Shown piece after piece: positions 24,326 to 38,100 of a stretch of 64,000 nucleotides of DNA. The stretch comes from Paraspadella gotoi. Its lineage: Eukaryota > Animalia > Chaetognatha. The stretch spans positions 21,168,555 through 21,232,554 of the forward strand of contig CM119265.1 in assembly GCA_051294375.1 (NCBI GenBank). The letters are read 5' to 3'. The first letter of the stretch is position 1. Each line of letters starts with the position of its first letter. Under the pieces are notes generated by a model. The model was not told the DNA's origin and made no database searches. It saw only the letters and a program-made list of their open reading frames with translations. The translations under genes were made by a program, and so were the position numbers.

Positions 24326-26019
24326 TCTCTCTTATCTCTCGCTTTACTCCCCTCTTTTCCCAGTTTCATGTTCAATCACCGCACGTGTAATACAAGCGGA
24401 TAAAGCGGAAGTAAATATTTGAATTTTTAAAATCCTCCTCCTCTGCGCCTCCTCCTCTTCTCCTCTGTCGCACTCTTCCTCTACCTCGTCTTCTCTCGCG
24501 AAGCTTCGTGATCCCCTGCATCTTCCATAACAAGGATCTGGGAGGAAGAGAGGGTTGAGGAGAGAGGAAGAGAGGCAGAAAGGGAGAATAACGAGAGAGA
24601 AGAGGTAGGAGCGAGGGAGAAGTAAGAGGAAAAGATTTATAAGAGAAGAAATAGAGGAGAGAGAGAAGATCTGGAGGGAGGAGGAAGAAGTAAGAACGAG
24701 AGAAGAGGCAGGACGGAAGAAATAAGAGGAAAAGAGGGAGAAAAAAATGAGAAAGGTAAATAAAGGCGAGAGGGACGGAAAAATGATAGGAGATAAGAAT
24801 AAGGGCGAGAGCTCAGGGAGATTATAAAGAATGCATTAGGACAGAGGAGGAGAAAAGATGAAGAGCAGGAGAGCCTGAAAAAAAAGAAAATAATTTAAAA
24901 ATCATCTCTCTCTGTTTCCCTCTCTTTTTCCCCAGTGTTCATTTGTTCAAATTCACCGCCACGTGGTAATGACAAGCGGATAAAGGCGGAAGTAGAGTGA
25001 CAAACAAAAGAGCAACCGGTTGAATTTTAAAAATCCTCCTCCTCTTCCTCCTCTTCCTCCTCTCTCGCAATCTCTTCCTCTTCCTCGTCTTCTCTCGCGA
25101 AGCTTCGTGATCCCCGCATCTGTCGCGATGAACAAGGATCTGGGAGGAAGAGAGGGAGGAAGGGGAGAGGGAGGAGAGAGGAGGAGAGGGAGGAAAGGGG
25201 AGAAGGAACGAGAGAGAAGAGGGGTAGGAGGGAGGGAGAAGTAAGAGGGAAAAGAGGGAGAAGAAATAAGAGAAGGAAATAAGAGGGAGAGGGAGGAAAA
25301 AAATGATAGGGAGGAAAGAGAATAAGGGGGAGGAGCTCAGGGAGGATATAAAGGAGATGGAATGTAGGGAGAGAGAGGAGGAGAAAAGATGAAGAGAGGA
25401 GAGCCTGAAAAAAAAAGAAAGATATCTTAAAAATCTTTCTACTTCTGCTGTTTTCAATCTCATTTTTTTTTTTAAACTTTTTGTTTTTTTTTNNNNNNNN
25501 NNNNNNNNNNNNNNNNNNNNNNNNNNNNNNNNNNNNNNNNNNNNNNNNNNNNNNNNNNNNNNNNNNNNNNNNNNNNNNNNNNNNNNNNNNNNNNNNTTTT
25601 TTTTTTTCCTTAAACTTACCCTCCTCCCAATTTTTCTTCTTCCCAGTTTTTCTCTCACTCTCCTTAACTTCTCTCCCACCTCGAATACCCCACCTCCCCC
25701 TCCATCTCCCAAGCCCCCCCCTCCCAAGCGCCGCGAGGAGGGAAGAACTTGTCAGTAGAAAATCAGCGAAGAAGAATAGAAAGTCCTGGTAATGAATGCA
25801 GTTAAGGAGAAAAGCTGTTCCCTTCCCCGTGCAGCGACAGCGGAAACGGGGTTCCGTTGGCGCGACCGCCGCCGCCGCCGCCGCAGGCCTCCTCGCTGCA
25901 GCTTTCGCGTCGCGCGCTGCTGCTTCCCTGAGGCGGCGGACGTCGGCGGAGCGGCGGCGGCGGCGTCAAGATGAGGGCGAATCCAGCAAACAAGCCAATT
26001 CACTCGAATGGCGTTGGAG

Positions 26020-26129
<110 letters not shown>

Positions 26130-26300
26130 ATGAGAGCCCGGGAAAAAAACCAAATTAGAGACGGACCAGGCGGAGATGTAAGGGTGCGAACAAAAGACAA
26201 TCAGCTAACATATAATATTATATATTATATATATATAATATTATATATTCGCACTGACTTCCCGCAGATGCACAACAATGACGCCTTTTTTGCGGCGAAA

Positions 26301-26372
26301 GCGATGAATGCGATGAAAGATATGAATGCGATGAATGATATGAATGCGATGAATGATATGAATGCGATGAAT
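26301..26372. repeat. 18-bp tandem repeat GCGATGAATGATATGAAT
   Basis: Direct reading; source of the spurious MNAMND ORF. Confidence 0.8.
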
Positions 26373-26468
26373 ACGACCATCGAATCGCGGTATGAATAAA
26401 AAATTGAGAAGCTTTATCCGTTTCCATCTTCTATCGGTTTTCGTTTCGATCGAGACGATTCACTAGGA

Positions 26469-26526
<58 letters not shown>

Positions 26527-26759
26527 TCGTCCTCATTTTTTCACCGGCGCCATCTGCTTCCATCTTCCATTGTCGCAAAGTTCCTTCATTTATTTCCTTA
26601 TGTTCTTTCCTCCAACCCTGGCCTCCTGTACATCTTTCCCCACAACTTGACTTCTCTTTATTTTCTTCTTTTTCCCCTTTTCTTTCTCCTAACTTTCCGT
26701 CCCCATTCTTCCTTTCTTTTTATCTTCTTCTCCCAACTTTCTTCTCTTTATTTTATTCT

Positions 26760-29700
26760 ACTTGACATTTCCTCCCCCTCTTCCTCTCTCTTCTCCTCTC
26801 TCTANNNNNNNNNNNNNNNNNNNNNNNNNAATCCCCTTCTTTCCTCTCTTTCTTAATTCTCTCTTCACATTTCCTCACCTCTTCCTCTCTCTCCTCCTCT
26901 CTCCTAAATTCCCCTCTTCTCCTCCCTCTCTCTTCTTTCTCTCTTCACATTTCCTCCCTCTTCTTCCTCTCTCTCCTCCTCTCCTTCTAAATTCCCCTCT
27001 TCTCCTCCCTCTCTCTCTTTCTCTCTTCACATTTCCTCCCCCTCTGCGCTCTCGTCTTCTCCTCTCTCTACTAAATTCCCCTCTCTTTCCTCTCTTTCTT
27101 TCCTTCTCTCTTCAACATTTTCCTTCACCCTCTATCCTCTCTCTCCTCCTCTCTGCTAAAATTCCCCTCTTCTCCTCCCTCTCTTCTCTTGTTCTCTCTT
27201 TCACATTTCTCTCCCCTTCTTCCTCTCTCTGTCTCCTCTCTCTACACATTTCCCTCTCTTATCCTCTCTTCTTTCAATTCCTGCTTCACATTTCCTCACC
27301 CTCTTCCTCTCTCTCTGCCTCGAGCTCCTCTAAAATTCCCTTCTTCTTCCTCCCTCTCTCTCTGTTCTTCCTTCACATTTCCTCCCTCTCTTCCTCTTCT
27401 CTCTCCTCCTCTCTCTAAATTTCCCACTCTTCTCCTCCCTCTCCTCTTTCTCTCTATCAACATTTCCTCCCCCTCTTCCTCTCTTCTCCCCCTCTCCTAA
27501 ATTCCCCTCTTCCTACCTCCCTCTCTCTTCTTTCTCCTCTTCACATTTCCTCCCTCTCTTCCCCTCTCCTACGTCCGTTCCTCTCTTCTAAATTCCCCCT
27601 CGCTTCTCCTCCCTCTCTCTCTTTCTCTCTCACCATTTCTCCCTCTCTTCCTACTCGCTCCTCCTCTTCTGCTTAAAATTCCCCTCTTCTCCTTCCCTCT
27701 CTCTCTTTCTCCTTCACATTTCCCTCCCCCTCTTCCTCTCTCTCCCTCCTCTCTCTAAATTCCCCTCTTGTCCTCCCTCTGCGCTCTTCTCTCTTCACCA
27801 TTCCTTCCTCCCCCCTCTTCCTCTCTACTTCTCCTTCTCTCTAAATTTCCCCTCCTCTTTCCTCCTTCTCTTTCCTTCTCTCTTCACGATGTATTCCCAC
27901 GCCTCTACATTTCGCTCTCTCTCCTGCCACTCTCTCCATAAGATCCCATTCTTCTCCTCCCTTCTCTCTCTTTCTCTACTTTCACAATTTCTCCCCTCTG
28001 TTCCTCCTCATCTCGTCCTCTCTCTAAATTCCCCTCTCTTCCTCTCTTTTTAATTTCCTTCTCTCCTTCACCATTTCCTCACCCTCTTCCTCTCTCTCCT
28101 CGTGCCCTCTCCTTCTAACAAAATTCACCCTCTTCTCCTCCCCTCTCTCATCTTTACTCTTCTTCACCATTCCTCCCCCTCTTCTCTCTCTTCTCCTCTC
28201 ACTAAATTCCCCTCTCTTGCCTCTCTTTCTTTTCCTTCTCTCTTCACATTGCCCTCACCCTCTTCCTCTCTCTCCTCCCTCTCTCCTAAATTCCCTTCTT
28301 CTCCTCCCGTCTCTCTCTTTCTCTCTTCACATTTCCTCCTTCTCTTCCTCTCTCGTCCTCCTCTCTCTAAATTCCCCTCTTCTCCTCCTTCTCTCTCTTT
28401 CCTTTCACAATTTCCTCCCTCTCTTCCTCTCTCTCTCCTCTTCTAACATTCCCCTCTTCTCCTCGCCTCTCTCTCTTTCTCTCTTCACATTTCTCCCTCT
28501 CTTCCCTCTCTCCTTCGTCTCTCTCAAATCCGCCTCTCTCTCTCGTCCCTCTCTCTCTTCTCTCTCTTTCCACATTTCCTCCCTCTCTCCTTCTCTCCTT
28601 TCCTCTCTCTAAATTCCCCCTTCTCCTCCTCATCTTCTCTTTCTCTCTTTCACATTTCCTTCCCCCTCTCCTCTCTCTCCTCCTCCTCTCTCAAATTCCC
28701 CCTCTTCTCCCTCCCTCTCTCTCTTTCTCTCTTACACATTCCTTCCCCCTCTTCCTCTCTGCTTCTCCCTCTCTAAAATCCCCTCTCTTCCTTCTCTTTC
28801 TTTCGCTTCTCTCTCACATTTCCTCACCCTCTTTCCTCTCTCTCCTCGCCTCCTCTCTAAAGTTCCCCTACTTCCTCCTCCCTCTCCTCTTCTTTCTCTC
28901 TTCACATTTCCTCCCCCTCTTCCTTCTCTCCTTCTTCCTCTCTCTACAAATTCCCCTCTTTCCTCTCTTCTTTCCTCTCTCTTCACCATTTCCTCACCTC
29001 TTCCTCTCTCTCCTCCTCTTCTCCTAAATTCCCTTCTCTCCTCCCTCTCTCTCTTTCTCTCTCACATTTCCTCCTTCTCCTCCTCTCTTCTCCTCTCTCC
29101 TCTAAATTTCCCCTCTTCTCCTCCCTCTCTCTCCTCTCTTTACCATTGTCCTTCACCCTTTCCTCCTCTCCTGGTCCTCTCTCTAAATTCCCCTCTTCTC
29201 CTCCCTCTCTCTCTTTTCTCTCTTTCACATTTCCTTCCCTCTCTTCCTCTCTCGTCCTCCTCTCTCTAAATTCCAACCTCGTCTCCTCCTCTCTCTCTTT
29301 CTCTCTTCACATTTCCTCCCCCTCTTCCTCTCTCTCTTCCCTTCTTCCTAAATTCCCCTCTTCTCCTCCCTCTCTCTCTTTTCTCTCTTCACATTTCCTC
29401 CCCCTCTTCCTCTCTCTTTCTCCTTCTCTTCTAAATTCCCCTCTCTTCCTCCTTTCTTCCTTCTCTCTTCACATTTCCCACCCTTTCCTCTCTCTCCTCC
29501 TCTCTCTAAAATTTCCCCTCTTCTCTCCCTCTCTTCTCTTTCTCTCTTCACATTTCCTCCCCCTCTTCCTCTCTCTTCTCCTCTCCCTCTAAATTCCCTC
29601 TCTTCCTTCTCTCTCCTGTCTCTCTTCACATTTCCTCACCCTCTTCCTCTCTCTCCTCCTCTCTCTAAATTCCCTTTCTTCTCTCCCTCTCTCCTTCTCT

Positions 29701-31300
29701 CTTCACATTTCCTCCCTCTCTTCCTCTCTCTCCTCCTCTCTCTTGAAATTTCCCCTCTTCTCCCTCACCTACATACTACTATACTCTCTCTCACATTTCC
29801 TCCCTCTCTCCTCTCTTCCTCCTCCTCCTCTAAATTCCCCTCTTTCTCCTGCCCTCTCTCTCTTTCTCTCTTCACATTTCCTCCCTCTCTTCCCTCTCTC
29901 TCCTCCTCTCTCATAAATCCCCTCTTCTCCTCCCCTCTCTTCGCTTTCTCTCTTCACATTTCCTCCCTTTCCTCTTCCTCTGCTCTCCTACCTCTCTTCT
30001 AAACTTTTTTTTTCCCCTCACTTCCTCCCTCTCTCTCTTTCCTCTGCTTCACATTTCCCTCCCCCTCTTCCTCTCTCTTCCTCCCCTCTCACTCTAATTC
30101 CCCTTCTTCTCCTCCCCTCTCTCTCTGTTCTCTCTTCACATTTCCTCCTCCCTTCCTCTCTCTTCCTCCTCTCTCTAAAATCCTCCTCTTCCTCTCTTGT
30201 CTTTCCTTCTCTCTTCACATTTCCTCACCCTCGTTCCTCGTCTCTCCTCCTCTCTCTACAAATTCCCCTGCTTCTCCTCCCTCTCCTCTCTTTCTCTCTT
30301 TCACCATTTCCTCCCCCTCTCTCCTCTTCTTCTCCTCTCTTAAATTCCCCTCTCTTCCTTGTCTCTTTCTTTCCTTCTCTCTTCACATTTCCTCACCCTC
30401 TTCCTCTCTCTTCCTCCTCCTCTAAATTCCCTTCTTCTCTCCCCTCTTCTTTCTTCTTTCTCTCTTCACATTACACTGCCCTTTCTCTTCCCTCGTCTCT
30501 CCTCCTCTCTCTAAAATTCCTCTTCTCCTCCCTCTCTCTCTCTCCTCTTCACATTTCCTCCTTCCCCCTCTTCCTCTCTCCTTCTCCTCTCTCTAAATTC
30601 CCCTACTCATTCCTCTCTCTCTTTCTTTCCTTCTCTCTTCACATTTCCTCACCCTCTTCCTCTCTCTCCTCCATCTCTCTAAATTGCCCCTCTTCTCCTC
30701 CCTCTCCTCTCTTCTCTCTTCACATTTCCTCCCCTGATGGATGAAGACTATCCAATCGAAGCACATTTGGCCATGGCCTCGCACTCCACACCGCCAGTTA
30801 CCCCGCACCTCCAGCGCATCAAACACCCTAAATGCCGACGCGCCCTGGCGTCATAGAGCGATCAGCCCCAGTCGCGCCTTTGCCCAGCCGTGCAACCCCG
30901 ACAGACCCGACGCACCGTTCCTCTCTCGTCTCCTCTCATCTAAATTCCTCGCTCCTCTCGTCCTTTTCCTTCTCTCTTCATCATTTCCTCACCCTCTTCC
31001 TCTTCTCTCCTCCCTCTTCAAATTCCACTTCTTCTCCTCCCCTCTCTCTCTTCTCTCTATCACATCCTCCTGTTCTCTTCGCTCTCTGCTCCTCCTCTCT
31101 TCTAAATTCACCTCTCTCTCCTCCCTCTCTCTCCTTTACTCTCTTCACACTTTCCTCCTTCTCTTCCTCTCTCTCCCCTCTCTCTTGAAATTCCCCTCTA
31201 TCTCCATCCCTCTCTCTCCTTTGCTCTCTTCGCACATTTTACCTCTCCCTCTTCCTCTCCTTCCCCCTCTCTCTAAATTCCCCTCCCCCCTTCCTTCTTT
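26760..31300. repeat. About 4.5-kb polypyrimidine minisatellite, unit about 80 bp, with landmarks CACATTTCCTC and CTAAATTCCCC
   Basis: CACATTTCC recurs at about 80-bp spacing (about 26866, 26946, 27027 and onward); interrupted by a non-repeat patch at about 30735-30915. Confidence 0.9.
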
Positions 31301-31314
31301 CTCCTCCAACTCTT

Positions 31315-34300
31315 TGTCGAATAATGTCCTTCCTCCGTTTTCTGCCTCCCACCGATTCGCCGCGATATTTCTTAGCAGACCCACGAGTATTCATTCCACA
31401 TAAATACGGCCAGGAATCCCTTATACCTGCCTATTCATGCGCCTCCGTTCGCTCAAAAACACCCAGTTTTTTCTCCCTCTCTCCTCTACAACTACTCTTC
31501 TCTCTCGTCTCTCCATCCACTCTTCCTCTCTCTTCTCGCTCTCCACTCATGCTCTCTATCTCTCTCTCTCTGCTCTCTCTTCCCTCTCTTCTCCTCTCTC
31601 TGCTCTCTCTTCTCTCTCTTCTCCTCTCTCATCGCTCTCTCTTTGTCTCTCTCTCGATTTCGCTTTTTCAGCTGATCGAGTATCCCTGTAATCATCTTAT
31701 CATTACTTTTTCTTCTTCATTCACCTGACTTGTTGTGGTTAGTTTGCACAATACAATTCCAAACTCACCCATTGATAACAATGACCTAATTATCACAGTT
31801 CAAAAACAACGGGCCTATTTTCTAAAGAATCAGGAGATGCCTTTTTGATTACATTGAAAAAATAACGTTAAGAAAAAACTCCGTCGCAGTGCCACCATAG
31901 CAGACCCCGTTTCTGGCATCCTTTTAAAAAAAGAAAAATAGAAGAAGAAAAATTCACATGCAAAGAGAGAGGAGGATGAGGTTAAGGAGGTTTGAGGAGT
32001 GCACAACGCCAGGGGAGGCAAATTAAGGAGTTGAAAGCAGCGGCATCGAGGATGAGGAGTTGAAAGGCGGACATACACACACCACACTGGGGAGGGCGAG
32101 GAATGAGGAGAGCTTGAAAGAAGGGCGTAGGATGAGCCTCGAGGCGACGAGGAGTTGAAATAGCCTAGTCGGGAGGATTGAGGATGTTGAAAGAGGATGA
32201 GGATGAGGAGTTGACAAGAGGGAGGATGAGCGGAGGACGTGAGCAGAGTTTGAAATAGGGAGGATGAGGAGTTGATAAAAGAGGGTAGGTATTAGGAGTG
32301 AAAGAGGGAAGGATGAGGAGTTAAATAGGGAGAACGAGGGAGTTGAAAGTAGGTTAGGCTGAGAGAGACGAGAAGTTGAAATAGGGGAGGGAATAGGAGG
32401 AGTGAAAAGAGGGAGGATGAGGAGTTTGACAAGTATGGGAGGTATGAGCGTCAAGAGACGAGAATTGACCAAATCAGCGGGAGATGAGGAGTTGAAAGTA
32501 GGGGCGGCCGAATGCGATGAGAGTGTGAGAAAGAGGGGGAAGGAGAGGAGTTGGACAAGTCGGGAAATGCATGAGATTAGAGGAGTTTTTAAAACTATGA
32601 GTTGTTCACAGGGTACTTCAATGGACCATAAATTCTACAAAAACAAAAGCAAAAAAAGAAATACAAAGAATATCGGCCCGCATTCTTATTGCCACTCATT
32701 AATCCCACTTACATTCTTCGTTAGAATAAGCAATAGTAATTTTTAAAAAACTGCTCAGTGGCGTAAAAAGACAGTAGGGGAAAGAAAGCCACCGTATACT
32801 AAGGAAATGCTAACCCATGTCCACATTAACTGGTGTTTGTTTACAACAAATCTCCTCCTTAGTTCGCACATAGAAAGAATAGAATTAGGCCCTCTCATAT
32901 CTTTTCTTTCTGTTTTCACCCACATGATCCTCTCCTCTCTCTCGTCTCTCTCTCCTATCTCTCTCTCTTCTCTCTAACTCTCTCTCTCTTTTGCTCTCAT
33001 CCTCTCTTTGCTTCCCCGACGTTCAACTTTTTTTATATTTTGTGAAAAAGATATTTTCTGCCGTAATTTTTATGGAGGGAAAGGGCATAAGGCTGCGCGA
33101 AGCCGTTCAATTAATAAAGGAATAAAATTTGGCACAAAGCGACTGATAAACGAATTAGTATCAGACTGCGCCGGCCTTACGCGAATCAGGCTTATCTATT
33201 TCGTCGATTCTGAGAGACGCCAACGTAATGTCTTTTTTGAGGGTCAGATCACGCTTGCAGAATCACAATACTAGGTGTCGGGGAGAGGAGAGAGAGAGAG
33301 AGAGATAGAAGAGAGAGAGATGGCAGATGACTGACCCTGAACCTGAGAGAAGACCGGACGAGAGAGAGCGAGAGAGAGAGATCATCCTGATAGGAGATGA
33401 AATGAGAGAGAAATATCGAGGCTAGGCCGCGAAGACTGCAGCACACGTAGTGAGACCACAAAAAAAAAAGAAAAGAAACAGAAAAGAAGAGAAAATACGA
33501 GAAAGAAACACAGAAATAGAGGAAAAGAGAGAGGACCATAGAAACAAAAAAAAATCTTAAAAATATATTTCTTCTGCGGAAATATATATATAATTCATAA
33601 ATTGGGTTTTTCCACAATCGCTCGGGCGGTGAGAGTCTAACCGTCTGTTGCGAGAACGAGCCTCATGTTAAATGTATTACTTTAATTAGATTTCTCCTAA
33701 AAAAATTTTTTCTTCAATAATTTTTTTCTCTTTTAGAAAACCAAATTGACTTTGCGTTTTTTACCTTATCCAAGGTTTTTCTTTCTTTTCTATTTTCTTT
33801 TGCTTATTTTTTTATTTTTGGACGGAACAGAAAAAATCATTTTGTCATCGATAGAAAAAAAAAAAAACACAACCCCCATCACCCGATTTTTTATTCAAAT
33901 ATTTTTTTTCGCTTAAAATTCAAAAAATTATAAAAGAAACAAAAAATTCAAGCTCAAAAAAAAAAAAAAAAAGAAGAATAAAATTAAAATAAAAATACCG
34001 TACATAAAACAAAAACAAAAAAAAAAAAAGATCATGAGGAAAATTGTCCACATCCTATCACTCTTAAACTGATATTCGGACTCCGAGAAACGGAAAAGAA
34101 AAGAGAAATGCTCCGGTTCCATCGATCCTAGAGCACAAATTTGCGAATTTTTTTTTTTGAGGACAGTGAGTATTGTTTTTCTTTGCCCTCAATTTTCTTT
34201 TTTCTATTTTTTGAACGCTTTTTCCTTTTTCTCGCGTAGGGAATTTTCTTTCTCCGCGTCGGATTTTATTATTTTGATATTATCGCTGGAAAAAAGGACG

Positions 34301-35160
34301 GTTAACGGGTCGTAAAATAATGTATGCGTGCGCTGTGTCCGATTGAACAGTACTACCATCGCAATTTGTTTTACTATCGTAAATAGTATAAGTTATATAT
34401 ATATATATATAGCGGCTGCGCATTCTGTTCGAATCGCAACGTTCTGATCAAGATTCCCTATATATTTTATAAATCTATTTAAAACTGCATAGTCAAGGCC
34501 CATATAAATTATATCAATTATGGCGCTACGATTTGAGTTAGCTGCCTTAGCGTCTTGGGGAACCAACGGAGTAGCAGCGCGATCGAAAATTCCCATTTAT
34601 TCATGCCCAAAAAATGGTATTTAAATTGAAACTGGTCACACCGCAGTTTTTCCCTCTTTTCCCAAATAAAACCTGCTTCGATCTTTTGTAAATCAGAACA
34701 AATCATACATCATCAGTATGGTTTCGGATAGCTTATTGTCTTTCTCTAACTAGATAAAAAAAGAAAAGTTTAAATTCTGTGCAATCTTGGAAATGCTTGA
34801 TAAAGCAATTCAAATGAAACTGAGTTTTTAGGTGGAAAACTGCATAGTCAAGCCTTCAATCTTTTTTTTGTTCTAAAGACCATCGAAAGAAACTATATTG
34901 TTTTTTATATCTGTTTCAGTTAGAGCGCGGCAGGAATTTAGAGGAGTTATATAATTAAATTTATAGAGCAAATAGAAAGGATATCAAGAATTTGCACGCT
35001 AAAAGCTTTTTTTAAGCGCGTATCCGTTTGTATTGAAACATGTTGACAGATAGGTTATCCCAATCGACAGGAATCAATTAAAAATAAAGCATTGATCATG
35101 CAGCATCCGGGCCAGAATAAATAGCCATATTTCAACATGGCCTTTACCGTATTTTACGTC
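31315..35160. other. Noisy duplicate of 35165-40130
   Basis: Colinear anchors: 31315 with 35186, 32700 with 36350, 33545 with 37381, 33878 with 38870, 35100 with 40070; differences are mainly scattered indels. Confidence 0.8.
31970..32590. repeat. Degenerate 23-bp purine minisatellite GAGGAGTTGAAAGAGGGGAGGAT (clean copies at 35760-35802 and 36124-36245)
   Basis: Direct reading; the clean array spans an N gap. Confidence 0.8.
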
Positions 35161-38100
35161 CCTCTCCTTCTTTCCTCCTCAATCTTTGTCGAATAATCCT
35201 TCTCCTTTCTGCCTCCCAGATTCCGATATTCTCAGACCCAGAATTCATTCCACAATAGAATCCATTTATGCTTCTATGCCTCCGCAAAANNNNNNNNNNN
35301 NNNNNNNNNNNNNNNNNNNNNNNNNNNNNNNNNNNNNNNNNNNNNNNNNNNNNNNNNNNNNNNNNNNNNNNNNNNNNNNNNNNNNNNNNNNNNNNNNNNN
35401 NNNNNNNNNNNNNNNNNNNNNNNNNNNNNNNNNNNNNNNNNNNNNNNNNNNNNNNNNNNNNNNNNNNNNNNNNNNNNNNNNNNNNNNNNNNNNNNNNNNN
35501 NNNNNTTTTTTCAGTGATCGAGTTTCTATCTCTATCATACTTTTCTTTTCATTCACTCGATTGTTTGTTAGTTGCTACATACAATTCAAACTCACCCATT
35601 GATAACAATGCCTAATTATCACATTCAAAAACAAACGGGATTTTTAAAGAATCAGGAGATGCCTTTTGAACATAAAAAATAACGTTAAGAAAAAACCGTC
35701 GTTTCTGGATCTTTAAAAAAAAGAAAAAGAAGAAGGAAAAATGATGAAAGAAGAGAGAGGATGAGGTTGAGGAGGTTGAGGAGTTGAAAGAGGGGAGGAT
35801 AANNNNNNNNNNNNNNNNNNNNNNNNNNNNNNNNNNNNNNNNNNNNNNNNNNNNNNNNNNNNNNNNNNNNNNNNNNNNNNNNNNNNNNNNNNNNNNNNNN
35901 NNNNNNNNNNNNNNNNNNNNNNNNNNNNNNNNNNNNNNNNNNNNNNNNNNNNNNNNNNNNNNNNNNNNNNNNNNNNNNNNNNNNNNNNNNNNNNNNNNNN
36001 NNNNNNNNNNNNNNNNNNNNNNNNNNNNNNNNNNNNNNNNNNNNNNNNNNNNNNNNNNNNNNNNNNNNNNNNNNNNNNNNNNNNNNNNNNNNNNNNNNNN
36101 NNNNNNNNNNNNNNNNNNNNNNNATGAGGAGTTGAAAGAGGGGAGGATGAGGAGGACGAGAAGTTGAAATAGGGGAGGATGAGGAGTTGAAAGAGGGGAG
36201 GATGAGGAGTTGAAAGAGGGGAGGATGAGGAGTTGAAAGAGGGAAAGATGAGATAGAGAAGTTTAAAACAATAGATGTCACAGGTATCAAGGACAAAATT
36301 GTACAAAAAAAAGAGAAAAAAGAAATAAATAGATAAACGCCCGATTATTGCACTTAATCCCCTAATTCTTGTTAAATAACAAATAGTAATTTTTAAAAAA
36401 CTGCAGTGCGTAAAAAGAAGTAGGGAAAAAAGCCCGTAATACTTAGGAAATGCTAACCATGTCCACATTAACTGGTTTGTACAAAAATCTCCTCCTAGTC
36501 GCACATAGAAAGAAAGAATGGCCCTCTCTTTTTCTTTCTGTTTCACCCACATGACCTCTCTCTCTCTCTCNNNNNNNNNNNNNNNNNNNNNNNNNNNNNN
36601 NNNNNNNNNNNNNNNNNNNNNNNNNNNNNNNNNNNNNNNNNNNNNNNNNNNNNNNNNNNNNNNNNNNNNNNNNNNNNNNNNNNNNNNNNNNNNNNNNNNN
36701 NNNNNNNNNNNNNNNNNNNNNNNNNNNNNNNNNNNNNNNNNNNNNNNNNNNNNNNNNNNNNNNNNNNNNNNNNNNNNNNNNNNNNNNNNNNNNNNNNNNN
36801 NNNNNNNNNNNNNNNNNNNNNNNNNNNNNNNNNNNNNNNNNNNNNNNNNNNNNNNNNNNNNNNNNNNNNNNNNNNNNNNNNNNNNNNNNNNNNNNNNNNN
36901 NNNNNNNNNNNNNNNNNNNNNNNNNNNNNNNNNNNNNNNNNNNNNNNNNNNNNNNNNNNNNNNNNNNNNNNNNNNNNNNNNNNNNNNNNNNNNNNNNNNN
37001 NNNNNNNNNNNNNNNNNNNNNNNNNNNNNNNNNNNNNNNNNNNNNNNNNNNNNNNNNNNNNNNNNNNNNNNNNNNNNNNNNNNNNNNNNNNNNNNNNNNN
37101 NNNNNNNNNNNNNNNNNNNNNNNNNNNNNNNNNNNNNNNNNNNNNNNNNNNNNNNNNNNNNNNNNNNNNNNNNNNNNNNNNNNNNNNNNNNNNNNNNNNN
37201 NNNNNNNNNNNNNNNNNNNNNNNNNNNNNNNNNNNNNNNNNNNNNNNNNNNNNNNNNNNNNNNNNNNNNNNNNNNNNNNNNNNNNNNNNNNNNNNNNNNN
37301 NNNNNNNNNNNNNNNNNNNNNNNNNNNNNNNNNNNNNNNCGAGAAAGAAAACAAGAAATGAAAAGGAAAAAAATAAAAGAAACAAAAAAATCTTAAAAAT
37401 ATTTTTCTGCGGAAAAAGTTCATAAATTGGGTTTTTCCACAATCGCGCTAACGAGAGAACGAGCCTCTTAAATTTTACTTTATAGATTTCTCCAAAAAAT
37501 TTTTTTCTAATAATTTTTTTTCTCTTTTAAAAACCAATTGACTTTGCGTTTTTACCTTTCCAGGTTTTTTCTTTCTTTTATTTTCTTTTCTTTTTTTTTT
37601 TTNNNNNNNNNNNNNNNNNNNNNNNNNTTAAACAAAGATTTGTACGCTTGTAGTTCAAATCTTAGTTCTCCGATTGAAAAAAAGTATTTCTTGGATAACT
37701 TTTGAAAAGAAAAGAGATAGCAAGGGTGATGTGGTTCAAAATTTAAAGCACGTATCATGGGACAAACCTTTCCCTTCAAGAGTTAATTAAATTTCACTAT
37801 AATCTTACACAGCTTTTGTTTAAATCTAAGTTAAAAAGCTATAAACCAATTTTTCCTGTATGTTAAAAATTGCGATGAGGGCATATGAATTTTTTTTTTT
37901 TCTTTTGTGATTTGAAAAAAGGGAAGACTGAATTACATTTTGTATTACCATTAAATTTCTTTTTTTCATTAAAAACTGCTTTATATTTTAAGTTAAAGTA
38001 AAAAACAAGCAAAAATTTATGTAGTAGCTTGATAAAATGTCTTTTAAAATATGAAAATGAAAATACAAAAAATGTGTTTAAAGCTTGATATAAACAGTCT

